A DNA stretch of 64,000 nucleotides from Candidatus Hadarchaeota archaeon (GCA_964384105.1 CAYLJV010000001.1:320001-384000); one strand, 5' to 3'. Positions 37,977 through 48,191 are shown, counted from the first letter of the stretch. Notes: generated from the letters alone by a model not told the origin. A program made the numbers and translations.

Positions 37977-40885
37977 TCTTCCCCTCCAACTATTTTATTG
38001 ATAAAAGACCAAGATCGATAGAATTTGGTGTAATCTCCCCTTCCTACGTCATGTGAGCTGTATTTTGCGAATTCGAAGATATGAATTAAAGCTTCGAGTT
38101 CTCCTAGATTTGCACTTCCTATTTCGCTGATCTTTTTCCTAAGATCACTTGAGGTTGCTCCTGCTTTCAAGTCGTCGAAACTCTCCGATAATCGGTCAAA
38201 TATATAGTTGAAAAGGGTTTCTATTTCCTCTTTATATTCGACTATTCTGATATCTTGAGTTACTACAATGCTCTTTTCGTCTATTTGGGCATGTATTACT
38301 ATCTGATGTTTTTCTTTCTTCTTGAAAGTGTGAGTTAATTTTAGATCTTTCTTCGAACCCGATTTTCTTTTTTTATCATCTATGTATACTTTTATCTTGT
38401 TTTTCTCGGAAAACTCATTTTTTTCTTTATAACGGATTAGGATTTCTAAAGGTTCATTAACTTCCCAGACCTTTGGTAAATCCTTTTCTATTTGGGGGAA
38501 TTCTATTTTTATTGGATCTTCTTTATTATTTCTCTTTTCAAAAATCTCTTTATCGAATTTTTTTTCTTTACTAAATTCTTGAGGAGTTTTATTTTCTTCA
38601 GACTCCCTTCTCAAAGCGATACTTCCTATTGCAAGTACCACTATTATGATTCCTAAAATAGCCCAAGGTACGATTTTTTGTGAAGTAGTGGGTGAGCTAA
38701 CTAGGAAGTTTCCATCCGTTTCTGATGAGAGATGAAACCCTTGTTTTGGGAAAATCAGTTTGAATGAGAAGTTATTCTTTTCATATTCTTTAGGTAGACT
38801 TATTTCGAAGGAAGCCTTTCCGCCTTCTTTAGTTACTTTGTTTATTTCGTTTTCTTGGTTGTAAGAGAGTAGAATTTTCTCTCCAGCTATAGGTTCTCCG
38901 AGCTTATTTGTAATTAAAGCATTTATCTCAAATTTCTCGCCTAGAGTAGCTTCTCCGTTTTTACTGTAGGTGATCCGTGTTTCCTCGTATACGAATATTT
39001 CTTCTGATTTAGAGAATCCCCTTTCCGATAATCTAAAGGTTATATCCTTCTTACCTAAACCTAGAGATTCGGGAACGGTAAATTCTACAAAAAACTCTCC
39101 ATTTTCTTCGCTCCTTGTCGTCGCCACAACTTGATTTTCTAAAACGATCTCTAGTTTTTCGTTCTCTTTTACTGTTTGTCCAAAAATTCTGACTTCCTTT
39201 CCTTTTACGAAATAGTTTTCGATTCCGGAATCAATTCTAATTAGAGAGACTTCCGTAGAAAGACTGGCTTTGCTTTCTTCGTAAAATCCTGTACCATTAA
39301 ACTCTGCTTCCAACTGATAATTTCCAGTTTTAGAGATTGATTCTTCGATTTCAAAATGGCCATCTAAGTATGTATTCAAAAACCAGTTTTTTTCTCCTAG
39401 AGAAAGTTCTATTGTTTGTAAACCTAATTTTTCTTCAGCTGGAATTTCTTTTAGTTTTCCTTTAATAGAAAATTTTTCACCTGCCAAAATTGAATCTGGA
39501 GCAGAGATTGAAATTTCAGTTTTTGAAAAGATTTTTACTTTAGAATTTTTTCCTGTATCAAGTAGCCCTTGTTTTATCGCTTCTTGTTCTAGTATGGTAT
39601 ATCGAGTAAATGGTCTATAACTTCTGGAACTCTTGTAGATTCCGCTAGATAGCGACTGAGCTATTATCCAATGATAGCCCACGTCAATGTTTTCATCTAT
39701 TTTACACCTTATGTTAAAAGTCCCTTCGTTATCCGTAGTTCCCATTCTTATATCTATATCCTCTGATTCCCGTTTTTCCTTGAGGTAGATTCGTACCCTC
39801 ATGTTTTTCAGAGGATTTCCGTTTCCGTCTTTAACACTTCCCTGGACTTTTATGTGTTCTCCTTTTATTCCGACATTATCGAACTCATCGATTACGGTGG
39901 AAGTTGATATTTTGTTTTCCGAATTGGGGGAGCTTGGAGTAGCGTCAAAAGATATCCAGCCAATATTTTCAAATGGTACTTCAGCTATTAGATGACTTTG
40001 ATCTGAGTTAACGATTTGGTATTTCTCGTTAGGATCTAAACTGAAACCATATACTACTCTTGATGGGATTCCAACAGATCTTGACAAAATAACGAAAGCA
40101 GAATTAAAGTTTGCACAGACGCCTTTTTTTTCATTGAATAAGAACCAGTGAACGGGGTCACGATCCGGTGGGGCCCTCTCGTAACCTGAATCGTAGGTAT
40201 AAGTTTTCTTTAGATAGTTCTCAATTGCCTTCGCTTTTGCGTAAGGATTTTCTATTTTTTCTGTTATTTTTCGTGCAAGTTCTTTTGTGTTTTCCGTGAT
40301 GCTCTCGGATAATTGAAAATATTGCGGGTTTTTTGAGAGGTTTCCCGATTTTAATATTTCTTCACTGTGTGAGTAAACATCGTAATAAACCCTATACGAG
40401 TGTTTGAAGATCTCAGGTGTTGTGAATGTTTCTTTTTCGGAATGGTATCTTAGATTCTCCAGATTTTCTATCCGATAGGTTCTATAAAAAATTGGGACGA
40501 AATTACTAACAGGGATTAGTGGAGTGATGGTAGATATATGGGGCTCTGAAAAATCCTTATTTACTCTCGCTAGTTCGTTATTTTCGTAGTATAGTTCACC
40601 TTCATCACTATTCTCTATTTTCCATGTTTGCCCATTGTATGTTTCGCCCACAGCTATTCGCATAAAGTTTCTTCCTGTAGGGCCACGAATTTCAAAGAGC
40701 GGAAAAGGGGAGGGGATACTCCCTTCAACGGAAATTTCACCTTCTGTAGAAATAGATTTCAGAGACAGATCCTTTTCTTCGTCTTCTGTATCAAAAGTGG
40801 CTATTATATCGAAGGTTGCAACAAGGCTGGAAGCTGCACCCAATATGATGATAATTGCAATTAAGCTTTTTATCCACTCTTTCAA
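37973..40885 (-). CDS. Transglutaminase-like protein with Ig-like domains and C-terminal DUF4129-like domain
   Basis: GVCANF (Cys), R.VGIPSR.V.GF, SH..AEV (His) and GW..FDATP (Asp). Two TM segments. Confidence 0.87.
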   Translation of the reverse strand: MKEWIKSLIAIIIILGAASSLVATFDIIATFDTEDEEKDLSLKSISTEGEISVEGSIPSPFPLFEIRGPTGRNFMRIAVGETYNGQTWKIENSDEGELYYENNELARVNKDFSEPHISTITPLIPVSNFVPIFYRTYRIENLENLRYHSEKETFTTPEIFKHSYRVYYDVYSHSEEILKSGNLSKNPQYFQLSESITENTKELARKITEKIENPYAKAKAIENYLKKTYTYDSGYERAPPDRDPVHWFLFNEKKGVCANFNSAFVILSRSVGIPSRVVYGFSLDPNEKYQIVNSDQSHLIAEVPFENIGWISFDATPSSPNSENKISTSTVIDEFDNVGIKGEHIKVQGSVKDGNGNPLKNMRVRIYLKEKRESEDIDIRMGTTDNEGTFNIRCKIDENIDVGYHWIIAQSLSSGIYKSSRSYRPFTRYTILEQEAIKQGLLDTGKNSKVKIFSKTEISISAPDSILAGEKFSIKGKLKEIPAEEKLGLQTIELSLGEKNWFLNTYLDGHFEIEESISKTGNYQLEAEFNGTGFYEESKASLSTEVSLIRIDSGIENYFVKGKEVRIFGQTVKENEKLEIVLENQVVATTRSEENGEFFVEFTVPESLGLGKKDITFRLSERGFSKSEEIFVYEETRITYSKNGEATLGEKFEINALITNKLGEPIAGEKILLSYNQENEINKVTKEGGKASFEISLPKEYEKNNFSFKLIFPKQGFHLSSETDGNFLVSSPTTSQKIVPWAILGIIIVVLAIGSIALRRESEENKTPQEFSKEKKFDKEIFEKRNNKEDPIKIEFPQIEKDLPKVWEVNEPLEILIRYKEKNEFSEKNKIKVYIDDKKRKSGSKKDLKLTHTFKKKEKHQIVIHAQIDEKSIVVTQDIRIVEYKEEIETLFNYIFDRLSESFDDLKAGATSSDLRKKISEIGSANLGELEALIHIFEFAKYSSHDVGRGDYTKFYRSWSFINKIVGGEE

Positions 40886-40990
40886 GTAACTCCCCCCTCA
40901 CAAAAGGGCTTAGTTTTACTTACTTCTTAACGGACTAATATTACTTCTACTTTTAGTTGAGCTGATTGGAAGTGTGCTGAGTAACTGTAA

Positions 40991-41800
40991 TTAACTGTTT
41001 TTTGAGTTGATTTTATTCAAGAATTTCTTTAAGGATTCTATCCAGTCCTGAGGCACATATTGGCCGATTCCTTCCTCGTCGAGATAGTAAATCTGTCCGT
41101 TTTTCTTTCCGAAATTAGAATGTTTAAGGTCTATGCCGTGATAGCCTTTAGTGTAAGATTTTTCTACTAATTCTAGGATCTTCTTAAGATCATCTAATTT
41201 TATTTCAGATGCCTTCAGGGGCTTAATAAACTCGTAAAAGTTTACTACAATCTCTTTTCCGTTACTTTTAGTTATTAACATCCCGTAATATTTTGGAAGG
41301 AAGTCGAGTTGTTGGCGGAGTTCAATTTGATACTTTCGTCTTCTCTCAGCCTCTTTTATTCCTCCCCCTTTTATTTTTAAAACATAATCTTTAAATTTCC
41401 AAACCTCTGTAAAAGCGGATTTGAGGGACTCTTTTTTGCTTAAAATTTCGACTTCGTTATTCGGAGCATATTTTTTTGCTATTTTTGGGTCGGATAGTAT
41501 TTCATGATTTTTGAAAATCTCTTTGAGTAAGTTTCTTTTTTCCTCCTGATTCTCACAGGATCCATCCAAAAGCAGAATGGGGGTCTTTTTTCCCATACCT
41601 CCGATTTTATTAAATAATTCGATACCGTCCGTATTTTCGTTTTCGTATTCTGATATTATCACATCGTAATTGTTTTTATCGATTCTCTTCAGTCCTTCCT
41701 TGGGTGAATTGACAGTTTCTACGACTAAGCTCTCTTTTCTTTGTCCTATTTTATCTGGATCTATTAAGCTGCTGTTTCCGTCTATTAATAGGATCTTCAA
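40991..41800 (-). CDS. Pseudo-receiver domain fused to an atypical kinase-like domain
   Basis: Receiver-like N-terminus with VIISEY (Asp to Glu). C-terminal VLKIK, GIDLKHSNFG and YYLDEEG. Confidence 0.6.
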   Translation of the reverse strand: MKILLIDGNSSLIDPDKIGQRKESLVVETVNSPKEGLKRIDKNNYDVIISEYENENTDGIELFNKIGGMGKKTPILLLDGSCENQEEKRNLLKEIFKNHEILSDPKIAKKYAPNNEVEILSKKESLKSAFTEVWKFKDYVLKIKGGGIKEAERRRKYQIELRQQLDFLPKYYGMLITKSNGKEIVVNFYEFIKPLKASEIKLDDLKKILELVEKSYTKGYHGIDLKHSNFGKKNGQIYYLDEEGIGQYVPQDWIESLKKFLNKINSKNS

Positions 41801-41958
41801 TTTACTCCCTCATTAGTTCTATGCTCATATCTACTTGTTGAAGCCTTTTGATGCTGGTTGTTGGCTTTTACTGTGGTCGCTAATTAAATTATGACAGATG
41901 TTGCAACTGTTTTTGACTAGTTAGATCAATTTCTGTTCTGAAGCGGCTCCAAATAAAA

Positions 41959-43284
41959 CTAAATATAGTCCTTTCTTTTTTCTATTAGTCTTTCGGCGTT
42001 TGTCTGATGCTTATCAATTAATTGATCCAAGTTGAATGTTTTCAACTGTTTTTGTTCAACAATTATTTTTCCATCTACTATGACTGTTTCTACCGCACTT
42101 TCTGGAGCCACATAGACTAGATGTTGATACACGTTAGAGTGGTTTCCTGTGAATAATGGCCTTAAACTAGGGGTTCTTAAATCCAATAGAACGATGTCCG
42201 CTTTTTTCCCTTTTTCTAGGGAGCCTATTTGGTCTTCCATTCCTAGGGCTTTTGCTCCATTGATTGTTGCCATTTCAAAAACTTTTTGGGAGGGCATTTT
42301 TGAAGCATCTAGAAATTTTGCTTTCTGTGCCAATGACGCAAATTTCATAGTTTCGAACATATTTACATTATTATTACAAGGTGCATCATCCGGCCCAAGA
42401 CCTACATTTACTCCGAGTTTCAATAGTTCTGTCACTGGAGCAATTCCATTTCCCAGTTTCATATTTGAAACTGGACAATGTGCCACGTTTGTTCCTGTTT
42501 CTGCGTAAATTTTCTTTTCTGCGTCCGAGAGCCAGACGCAGTGTGCGGCGATAACGTCGGTTCCCAGTAATCCTAATTCGTGAGCTAGTTCTGTAGGTCT
42601 TTTCCCATGTTTTTTCAAGCAAGCTTCTACTTCGTCTTTTCCCTCGTTTAGATGTATATGGATGCCTGTATTATACTTGTCAGCTAATTCTCTAGTTTTT
42701 CTGATAAGCTCTTCGGAAGAAATAAGTATCCATTCATTTCCAAACCAGATTTTTATTCTCCCGTTCGACAGCCCATCTTTCTTCTTAAAGGCTCTTTCGT
42801 TATCTTCTAAGCTCTCTAAGTCTTTTACTAAATCGCCTATTGTGCTAGATAGAATTGCCCTTATGCCAATTTCTTCGGCAGCTTCTGCACAAGCTTCGAG
42901 TTTAATATACATATCGTTTGCAGTAGTGGTACCAGATAAAAGTGCCTCGGCATAGGCTATAGCAGCCGAATAATAAACGTCTTCATTTTCCATAGCTCTA
43001 AGCATTGGGTAATATATTTTTTCAAGCCACTCTTCAAGTCCCATATGTTCTCCTACGCCTCGTGACATGTTATCTGAATGGAAATGTAGACTGATTAAAC
43101 CGGGGATAATAAGCTTGTTTTTTGCGTTTATTCTAATGTCCGTGTTGTGTTTTTTCCTCATTTGTTCGGTTTTACCAATGTCAACGATTTTGTTTCCTTC
43201 TATGACTATGGTACCGTCTTTGAGAATTTCCCTTTCGGGATTCATTGTTACAATAATACCGTTTTCAATACTTTTTTTCTCCAA
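41959..43284 (-). CDS. Amidohydrolase (MTA/SAH or 5'-deoxyadenosine deaminase-like), copy 1
   Basis: LHFH, HIHLNE, AAHCVW, HCP.SN.KL, GPDD and GKKAD. Confidence 0.88.
   Translation of the reverse strand: MEKKSIENGIIVTMNPEREILKDGTIVIEGNKIVDIGKTEQMRKKHNTDIRINAKNKLIIPGLISLHFHSDNMSRGVGEHMGLEEWLEKIYYPMLRAMENEDVYYSAAIAYAEALLSGTTTANDMYIKLEACAEAAEEIGIRAILSSTIGDLVKDLESLEDNERAFKKKDGLSNGRIKIWFGNEWILISSEELIRKTRELADKYNTGIHIHLNEGKDEVEACLKKHGKRPTELAHELGLLGTDVIAAHCVWLSDAEKKIYAETGTNVAHCPVSNMKLGNGIAPVTELLKLGVNVGLGPDDAPCNNNVNMFETMKFASLAQKAKFLDASKMPSQKVFEMATINGAKALGMEDQIGSLEKGKKADIVLLDLRTPSLRPLFTGNHSNVYQHLVYVAPESAVETVIVDGKIIVEQKQLKTFNLDQLIDKHQTNAERLIEKRKDYI
43111..43275. repeat. 165-bp direct repeat, copy 1 (5' end of amidohydrolase 1)
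   Basis: Matches 46452-46616 with 4 mismatches by manual alignment. Confidence 0.9.
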
Positions 43285-43363
43285 TTTTATCCTCTACAAA
43301 AATTAACTAAGAAGTTAGAAAAATAAAAAAATAAAAAAGCAAGTTATTCATCCCGTACGATTC

Positions 43364-44434
43364 CTATTCTTCCCACGTGGTCTTGTTAGTGGGTTCTACC
43401 GTCCCATCAATAATTTTCTCTCTTAAATCCTCGATGTATTCTTTTACTTCATCCGAAACCATGTTTCCCCAAGTAGGTACGTCCAATGACCTATCTTCTA
43501 GATTTAACATCATCTGAGCTTGTTCTTCTCTGAATTCTTCAAATCGTCCTTCTGTGATAGCGCTTAGAACTTCATCCAGTGGCTTCTCCCAATCCCATAT
43601 ACCGCAACCAATTAGAGTTTCAGGATAAAACTCCACGATATCTCTGTATTGCATAATTGTGTACATACCTCTTGTTTCTGCTTCCTTTGTTGCTGCGTAA
43701 TCATCTTGGTTAACAAACACTATGTCAATTCCTTGTTCATCGAAACTAGCAACAGTATCTCTGCTTTTCATTGGATCAGAATATGCATCCATTACTACTT
43801 GAGTAACTTCAACATCCGGGTTTGCGTATTCCGCGCCACCTTTGAAAGCATTGGATACAACTCGGTAGCTTCTAGGTCCAGCTATGGCCAATAGAATTCC
43901 TAGCTTATTTGTTTCAGTTATTCTTCCGGCGGCTGCCCCAAGGAGATAGTTTATTTTGTAGGCATTAAGAGCGTTAAGTGCCACTACGTTTGAGGGGAAT
44001 TCATCTTCTTCCAATATGTCTGATTCCCATTCTTGTATAAAGTAGGTATCTGGGTAGTTGGGGGCAACTGTCTTTACGGCTTCGCTAAACTCATCAGTTT
44101 CAACGTAAACTATTTCGTATTTATCTGCTGCATTTCTAATGACTTGCTCAACATCTCTTAGACCAGTTTCTTCTATCCAATGTATTTCTAGATTATATTT
44201 ACCTTGTAGTGACTCAATAGCATCAGCATGGCTAGGTGACCATACTCCTTCATCGTGGTGCCACCACATTACGACTCCGATTTCTAGAGGTCCAGATGGA
44301 GTACCGCCATTTCCTTCAGAGTCGGAAGGGGCGATCATATAACCAATTCCGGTACCAGCGGCGATTCCTACTACGAAGACTACTATCATTAGCACGGTAG
44401 TAGTACGGGCTATTCCTTTGTTTGTTTCGAAAAT
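43364..44434 (-). CDS. BMP family ABC substrate-binding protein with class III signal peptide (probable ATT start)
   Basis: BMP fold (YL.G.AA...T.T.KLG, F..GA...NPD.EV). In-frame extension FETNKG/IARTTT from ATT 44434, 6 nt after AGGGGA. Confidence 0.85.
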   Translation of the reverse strand: MFETNKGIARTTTVLMIVVFVVGIAAGTGIGYMIAPSDSEGNGGTPSGPLEIGVVMWWHHDEGVWSPSHADAIESLQGKYNLEIHWIEETGLRDVEQVIRNAADKYEIVYVETDEFSEAVKTVAPNYPDTYFIQEWESDILEEDEFPSNVVALNALNAYKINYLLGAAAGRITETNKLGILLAIAGPRSYRVVSNAFKGGAEYANPDVEVTQVVMDAYSDPMKSRDTVASFDEQGIDIVFVNQDDYAATKEAETRGMYTIMQYRDIVEFYPETLIGCGIWDWEKPLDEVLSAITEGRFEEFREEQAQMMLNLEDRSLDVPTWGNMVSDEVKEYIEDLREKIIDGTVEPTNKTTWEE

Positions 44435-44638
44435 AGCTTATCCCCTTCTTTATATGATAATGTAACTTAAATAAAGTTTTTGTTAGCTTCTAAACTTTTA
44501 TTTTTAAATAAAAGGGTTTAAATCATTTCTAATAGTTATTTGGCCAATAGATTTATCTTAGGTCTATAAAGAAAGATTTAATTATCTTTATTATTTATAT
44601 ATTCTTAAAATTGTTTTCAATAGCTGAGAGTGATTAAG

Positions 44639-45229
44639 ATGGTTGTCAGCTCCGATATACAAAGTTTAATACAAGACTTTAGGAAATCAAAGTACTTTGA
44701 AGATGTCGTAGGTCAAAATTACGCATGTTTCGTGGTTTCATCAACGTTTAAAGAAAAGTTAATATATTTGGATGGAGCAGAATTTAAAGAAGAATTTACG
44801 AGTTTACTTAATAATTATACAATGATTAGGCCAGAAATTTTTAAATCAGTATTTTCAGCTAATAAAACAGAAAAAATAAAGAAATTGGTCGCTCAAATTT
44901 CTACGGACGCTAAATCGCCAAAAGAAATTTTAAATCCCTTAGTAGAACTTGAGCAATCGAGCCTTCACTTTGGATCGTATCTTTTGTCTATTTTCACTGA
45001 GGGGGAGTTCATTGTATTTCATGAAGAGGTTTTCAAAGGTTTAAAGGAAATCTTCCCACGAATATGTGAACGGTGGTTGGGTATAGAAATGGCTAGAGAG
45101 GTCGATGATTATTTCATGTTTAATAATGTCTGCAAAAACATAATGTACATTTATGGATTCAAAACAATGTCCGAGGTTCACGAATTTCTTTTTCACGGAC
45201 AAGATACTGATTGGGATTTTAATAAATAA
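44639..45229 (+). CDS. Hypothetical all-alpha protein
   Basis: 196-aa ORF with SD. C-terminal pattern resembles HhH-like domains found on McrB-type proteins (tentative). Confidence 0.6.
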   Translation: MVVSSDIQSLIQDFRKSKYFEDVVGQNYACFVVSSTFKEKLIYLDGAEFKEEFTSLLNNYTMIRPEIFKSVFSANKTEKIKKLVAQISTDAKSPKEILNPLVELEQSSLHFGSYLLSIFTEGEFIVFHEEVFKGLKEIFPRICERWLGIEMAREVDDYFMFNNVCKNIMYIYGFKTMSEVHEFLFHGQDTDWDFNK

Positions 45230-45287
45230 AATCTTACAATTTTTGATCCTTTTTTCTATCCTATAATGTTTTTAAGTTTGATTTTAT

Positions 45288-46625
45288 CTATAGCGGTATT
45301 TCTTTAATGTAGTCTTTTCTTCTTTCTAGGATTTTTTTGGATTTGATTTGGTGTTCTTCTAGTGTGTTGTGGAGGTTTATTGTTTTCAAGGTTTTATTCT
45401 CGACTATGGTTTTGCCGTCTACAATTACGGTGTGGACTGCGTTTGTGGGTGAGGAGTATATTAGGTTTTGGTAAATGTTGGAGTAGTCCGATAGGTGTAT
45501 TGGTCTTAGGTTTGGTGTTTCTAGGTCGAGTAGGACGATGTCTGCTTTTTTTCCTTTTTCTAGGGAGCCTATTTGGCCTTCCATTCCTAGAGCTTTTGCT
45601 CCATTGATTGTTGCCATCTCAAAGACCTTTTCAGCCATCATTTGTTTTGCATCAAAGTGAATTGCTTTTTGCATAAGCGAGGCGAATTTCATTGTCTCGA
45701 ACATGTGAAAGGTGTCGTTGCAGGCTGCGTCGTCCGTTCCTAGTCCAATATTCACTCCGAGTTTTGATAGGTCGGGGATTGAGGCGATTCCATTTCCAAA
45801 TTTTGCATTGGATACTGGGTTATGTGAGATATGCGTTCCGGTTTCTGCGTAAATTTTCTTTTCCGCGTCTGAAAGCCAAACGCAGTGTGCGGCGACAACG
45901 TCGGTTCCCAGTAATCCTAATTCATGGGCTAGTTCGGTGGGTCTTTTCCCATGTTTTTTCAAGCAAGCTTTTACTTCTCCTGAAGATTCGTTAAGATGGA
46001 TATGAATACCTGTGTTGTGTTTGTCTGCGAGGTTTCTTGCTTTTATTAAAAATTCTCTGGAGCTGATTGGTAACCATTCGACTCCAAACCAGACTTTGAT
46101 CCTGTCACTGAATTTTTCGCATTTTTTTAAGGCTTTTTCATTATCTTCCAAAGTTGGTTGATCCTCGAGAGAATCGCTTGCCTCACTGGCGAGAACAGTT
46201 CTCATTCCTATATCCTCGGCTGCCTCGGCGAGTTTAACAATGTAATGATACATCCCATTTATCGTGGTCGTTCCAGTGAGGAGGGATTCTGCGTATGCTG
46301 TAACAGCTGATAGATAGGCATCTTTTGGTTCCATCGCAGAAAGATAGGGATAGAGTATGTTTTGGGCCCACTCTTCAAGACTCATATGCTCTCCGATTCC
46401 CCTAATCATGTTTCCAGGATGGAAATGAAGATTTACTAGACCTGGGATAACAAGCTTGTTTTTTGCATTTATTCTAATGTCCGTGTTGTGTTTTTTCCTC
46501 ATTTGTTCGGTTTTACCAATGTCAATGATTTTGTTTCCTTCTATGACTATGGTACCGTCTTTGAGAATCTTCCTTTCGGGATTCATTGTTACAATAATAC
46601 CGTTTTCAATACTTTTGTTCTTCAA
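45288..46625 (-). CDS. Amidohydrolase (MTA/SAH deaminase-like), copy 2
   Basis: NLHFH, HIHLNE, AAHCVW and GTDD. Paralog of 41959-43284. Confidence 0.88.
   Translation of the reverse strand: MKNKSIENGIIVTMNPERKILKDGTIVIEGNKIIDIGKTEQMRKKHNTDIRINAKNKLVIPGLVNLHFHPGNMIRGIGEHMSLEEWAQNILYPYLSAMEPKDAYLSAVTAYAESLLTGTTTINGMYHYIVKLAEAAEDIGMRTVLASEASDSLEDQPTLEDNEKALKKCEKFSDRIKVWFGVEWLPISSREFLIKARNLADKHNTGIHIHLNESSGEVKACLKKHGKRPTELAHELGLLGTDVVAAHCVWLSDAEKKIYAETGTHISHNPVSNAKFGNGIASIPDLSKLGVNIGLGTDDAACNDTFHMFETMKFASLMQKAIHFDAKQMMAEKVFEMATINGAKALGMEGQIGSLEKGKKADIVLLDLETPNLRPIHLSDYSNIYQNLIYSSPTNAVHTVIVDGKTIVENKTLKTINLHNTLEEHQIKSKKILERRKDYIKEIPL
46452..46616. repeat. 165-bp direct repeat, copy 2 (5' end of amidohydrolase 2)
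   Basis: Matches 43111-43275. Confidence 0.9.
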
Positions 46626-46877
46626 TTGATACCCTTGGTCTCTTATCCGTAACTAATACTAGATAAATGTATTTTTACAAAAAGAAATGATTTTTATATT
46701 TCTCACTATCTTGTGTTAGTTTTTACTCAATTTTTAGAAAAGTAATCGTTTTGGATTTTATAAGTTATCAGATCTTACAGAAAAGATATTTATTAAAAAC
46801 AAATAAGTATTGTTAATCTTTTTAATACATTTAAGAACAACAAGTTGTATTAATCAACATTATTTTTTACGTAAAGT

Positions 46878-48014
46878 TTAGTTACCTTTTTCTAGAATGT
46901 TTTGTAAAATGTTTTTATAATCGTTCTTTGTAGTTTTTCTTGGATTTGAAGGTAGAATCGCAGCGCTTTCAACTATTTTATCTATGTTATCTTCATTTAC
47001 CCCAGTTATTTTGAGGTTTTTTGGGATTCCTAGTTCTATTTTTAGCTCTTCAATTGCTTCAATGGCCTTCCTTGCCGCGTCCATTATCGAGATATTTTCG
47101 GTTTTTTTCCCCATAACTTTGGCAATTTTCGCAAATTTTTCGGGTTTCTCCTTTGAATTAAATTCCATTACTTCGGGAAGTAATAAAGCGCACGTGAGTC
47201 CATGTGGTGTGTCGAAGTGTCCCCCAATTGAATGAGCTAGGGCATGAACATTTCCCAGCAATGCGTTTGTCATGGCTATACCCGCTAAGTTACTTGCCAT
47301 CAACATTTTGCTTCTTGCGTCTAGGTTGCTTCCATTACGAGTAACTAGAATTATATTTTTTGATATTAATCTAATAGCTTCTAAGGAAAAAAGATCTGTG
47401 TATGGGTCCGAGAAAGAAGAGACATATGCTTCTATGGCATGAGTTAATGCATCCAACCCTGTATGAGCTGTTATTTTCTTAGGTAGACTCAGCGTCAGTT
47501 TTGGATCTAGAATCGCTGTTTTTGCTGCAAAATGCCAGCTGAGGACAAGCATCTTGTAGTTTCTTTTTGTATCTGTTATTACTGCCCCTCTACTAACCTC
47601 ACTACCTGTGCCCGCTGTGGTGGGGACCAGCATTATTGGAGAAGCAGGATATTTTATTTTCTCGATACCTTCGTATTGGTTTATTTTTCCTGGGTTCCTA
47701 CTCATCGCTGCTACGGCTTTTGCAGTATCCATTGAACTTCCCCCTCCTAGACCCACTACAGAATCGCAATTATTTTCTTTAAAAAATTTCAAACCTTTTG
47801 AGATTGTGGTGTCCTTGGGGTTTGGTTCTACTTTGTCGAAGACGGACGTATTAAAATTATTTTCTGTAAGCTCCAAAATTTGTTTCATTATTTCCGTTTT
47901 CGCAATACCTTTATCGGTAACTAGTAGTAGGTTGTGTGCACCAATTTCAGTAAGTTCCTTGTTAATTTCAGAGATTTTACCAGAACCGAATATCAGTTTC
48001 GTAGCGATCTTCAA
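46878..48014 (-). CDS. Iron-containing alcohol dehydrogenase
   Basis: GGGSSMD.AK, PTTAGTGSE, DALTHAIE and HALAH..G....PHG. Confidence 0.94.
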   Translation of the reverse strand: MKIATKLIFGSGKISEINKELTEIGAHNLLLVTDKGIAKTEIMKQILELTENNFNTSVFDKVEPNPKDTTISKGLKFFKENNCDSVVGLGGGSSMDTAKAVAAMSRNPGKINQYEGIEKIKYPASPIMLVPTTAGTGSEVSRGAVITDTKRNYKMLVLSWHFAAKTAILDPKLTLSLPKKITAHTGLDALTHAIEAYVSSFSDPYTDLFSLEAIRLISKNIILVTRNGSNLDARSKMLMASNLAGIAMTNALLGNVHALAHSIGGHFDTPHGLTCALLLPEVMEFNSKEKPEKFAKIAKVMGKKTENISIMDAARKAIEAIEELKIELGIPKNLKITGVNEDNIDKIVESAAILPSNPRKTTKNDYKNILQNILEKGN

Positions 48015-48191
48015 TTGGTCACCTCTATTTAAAATGGCTACTGTTCAAATATTTAAGGTCTTGCTATTGACTTAGATTTAATCAAGCGATTTAAGATAGC
48101 ATTAAAGTAATTGAAAGATGATATTCTTAAAATCTATTCAGGATTAATTATTTCGACAATTATATTTCTTTTTTTCTAGGAAAATCTATAT

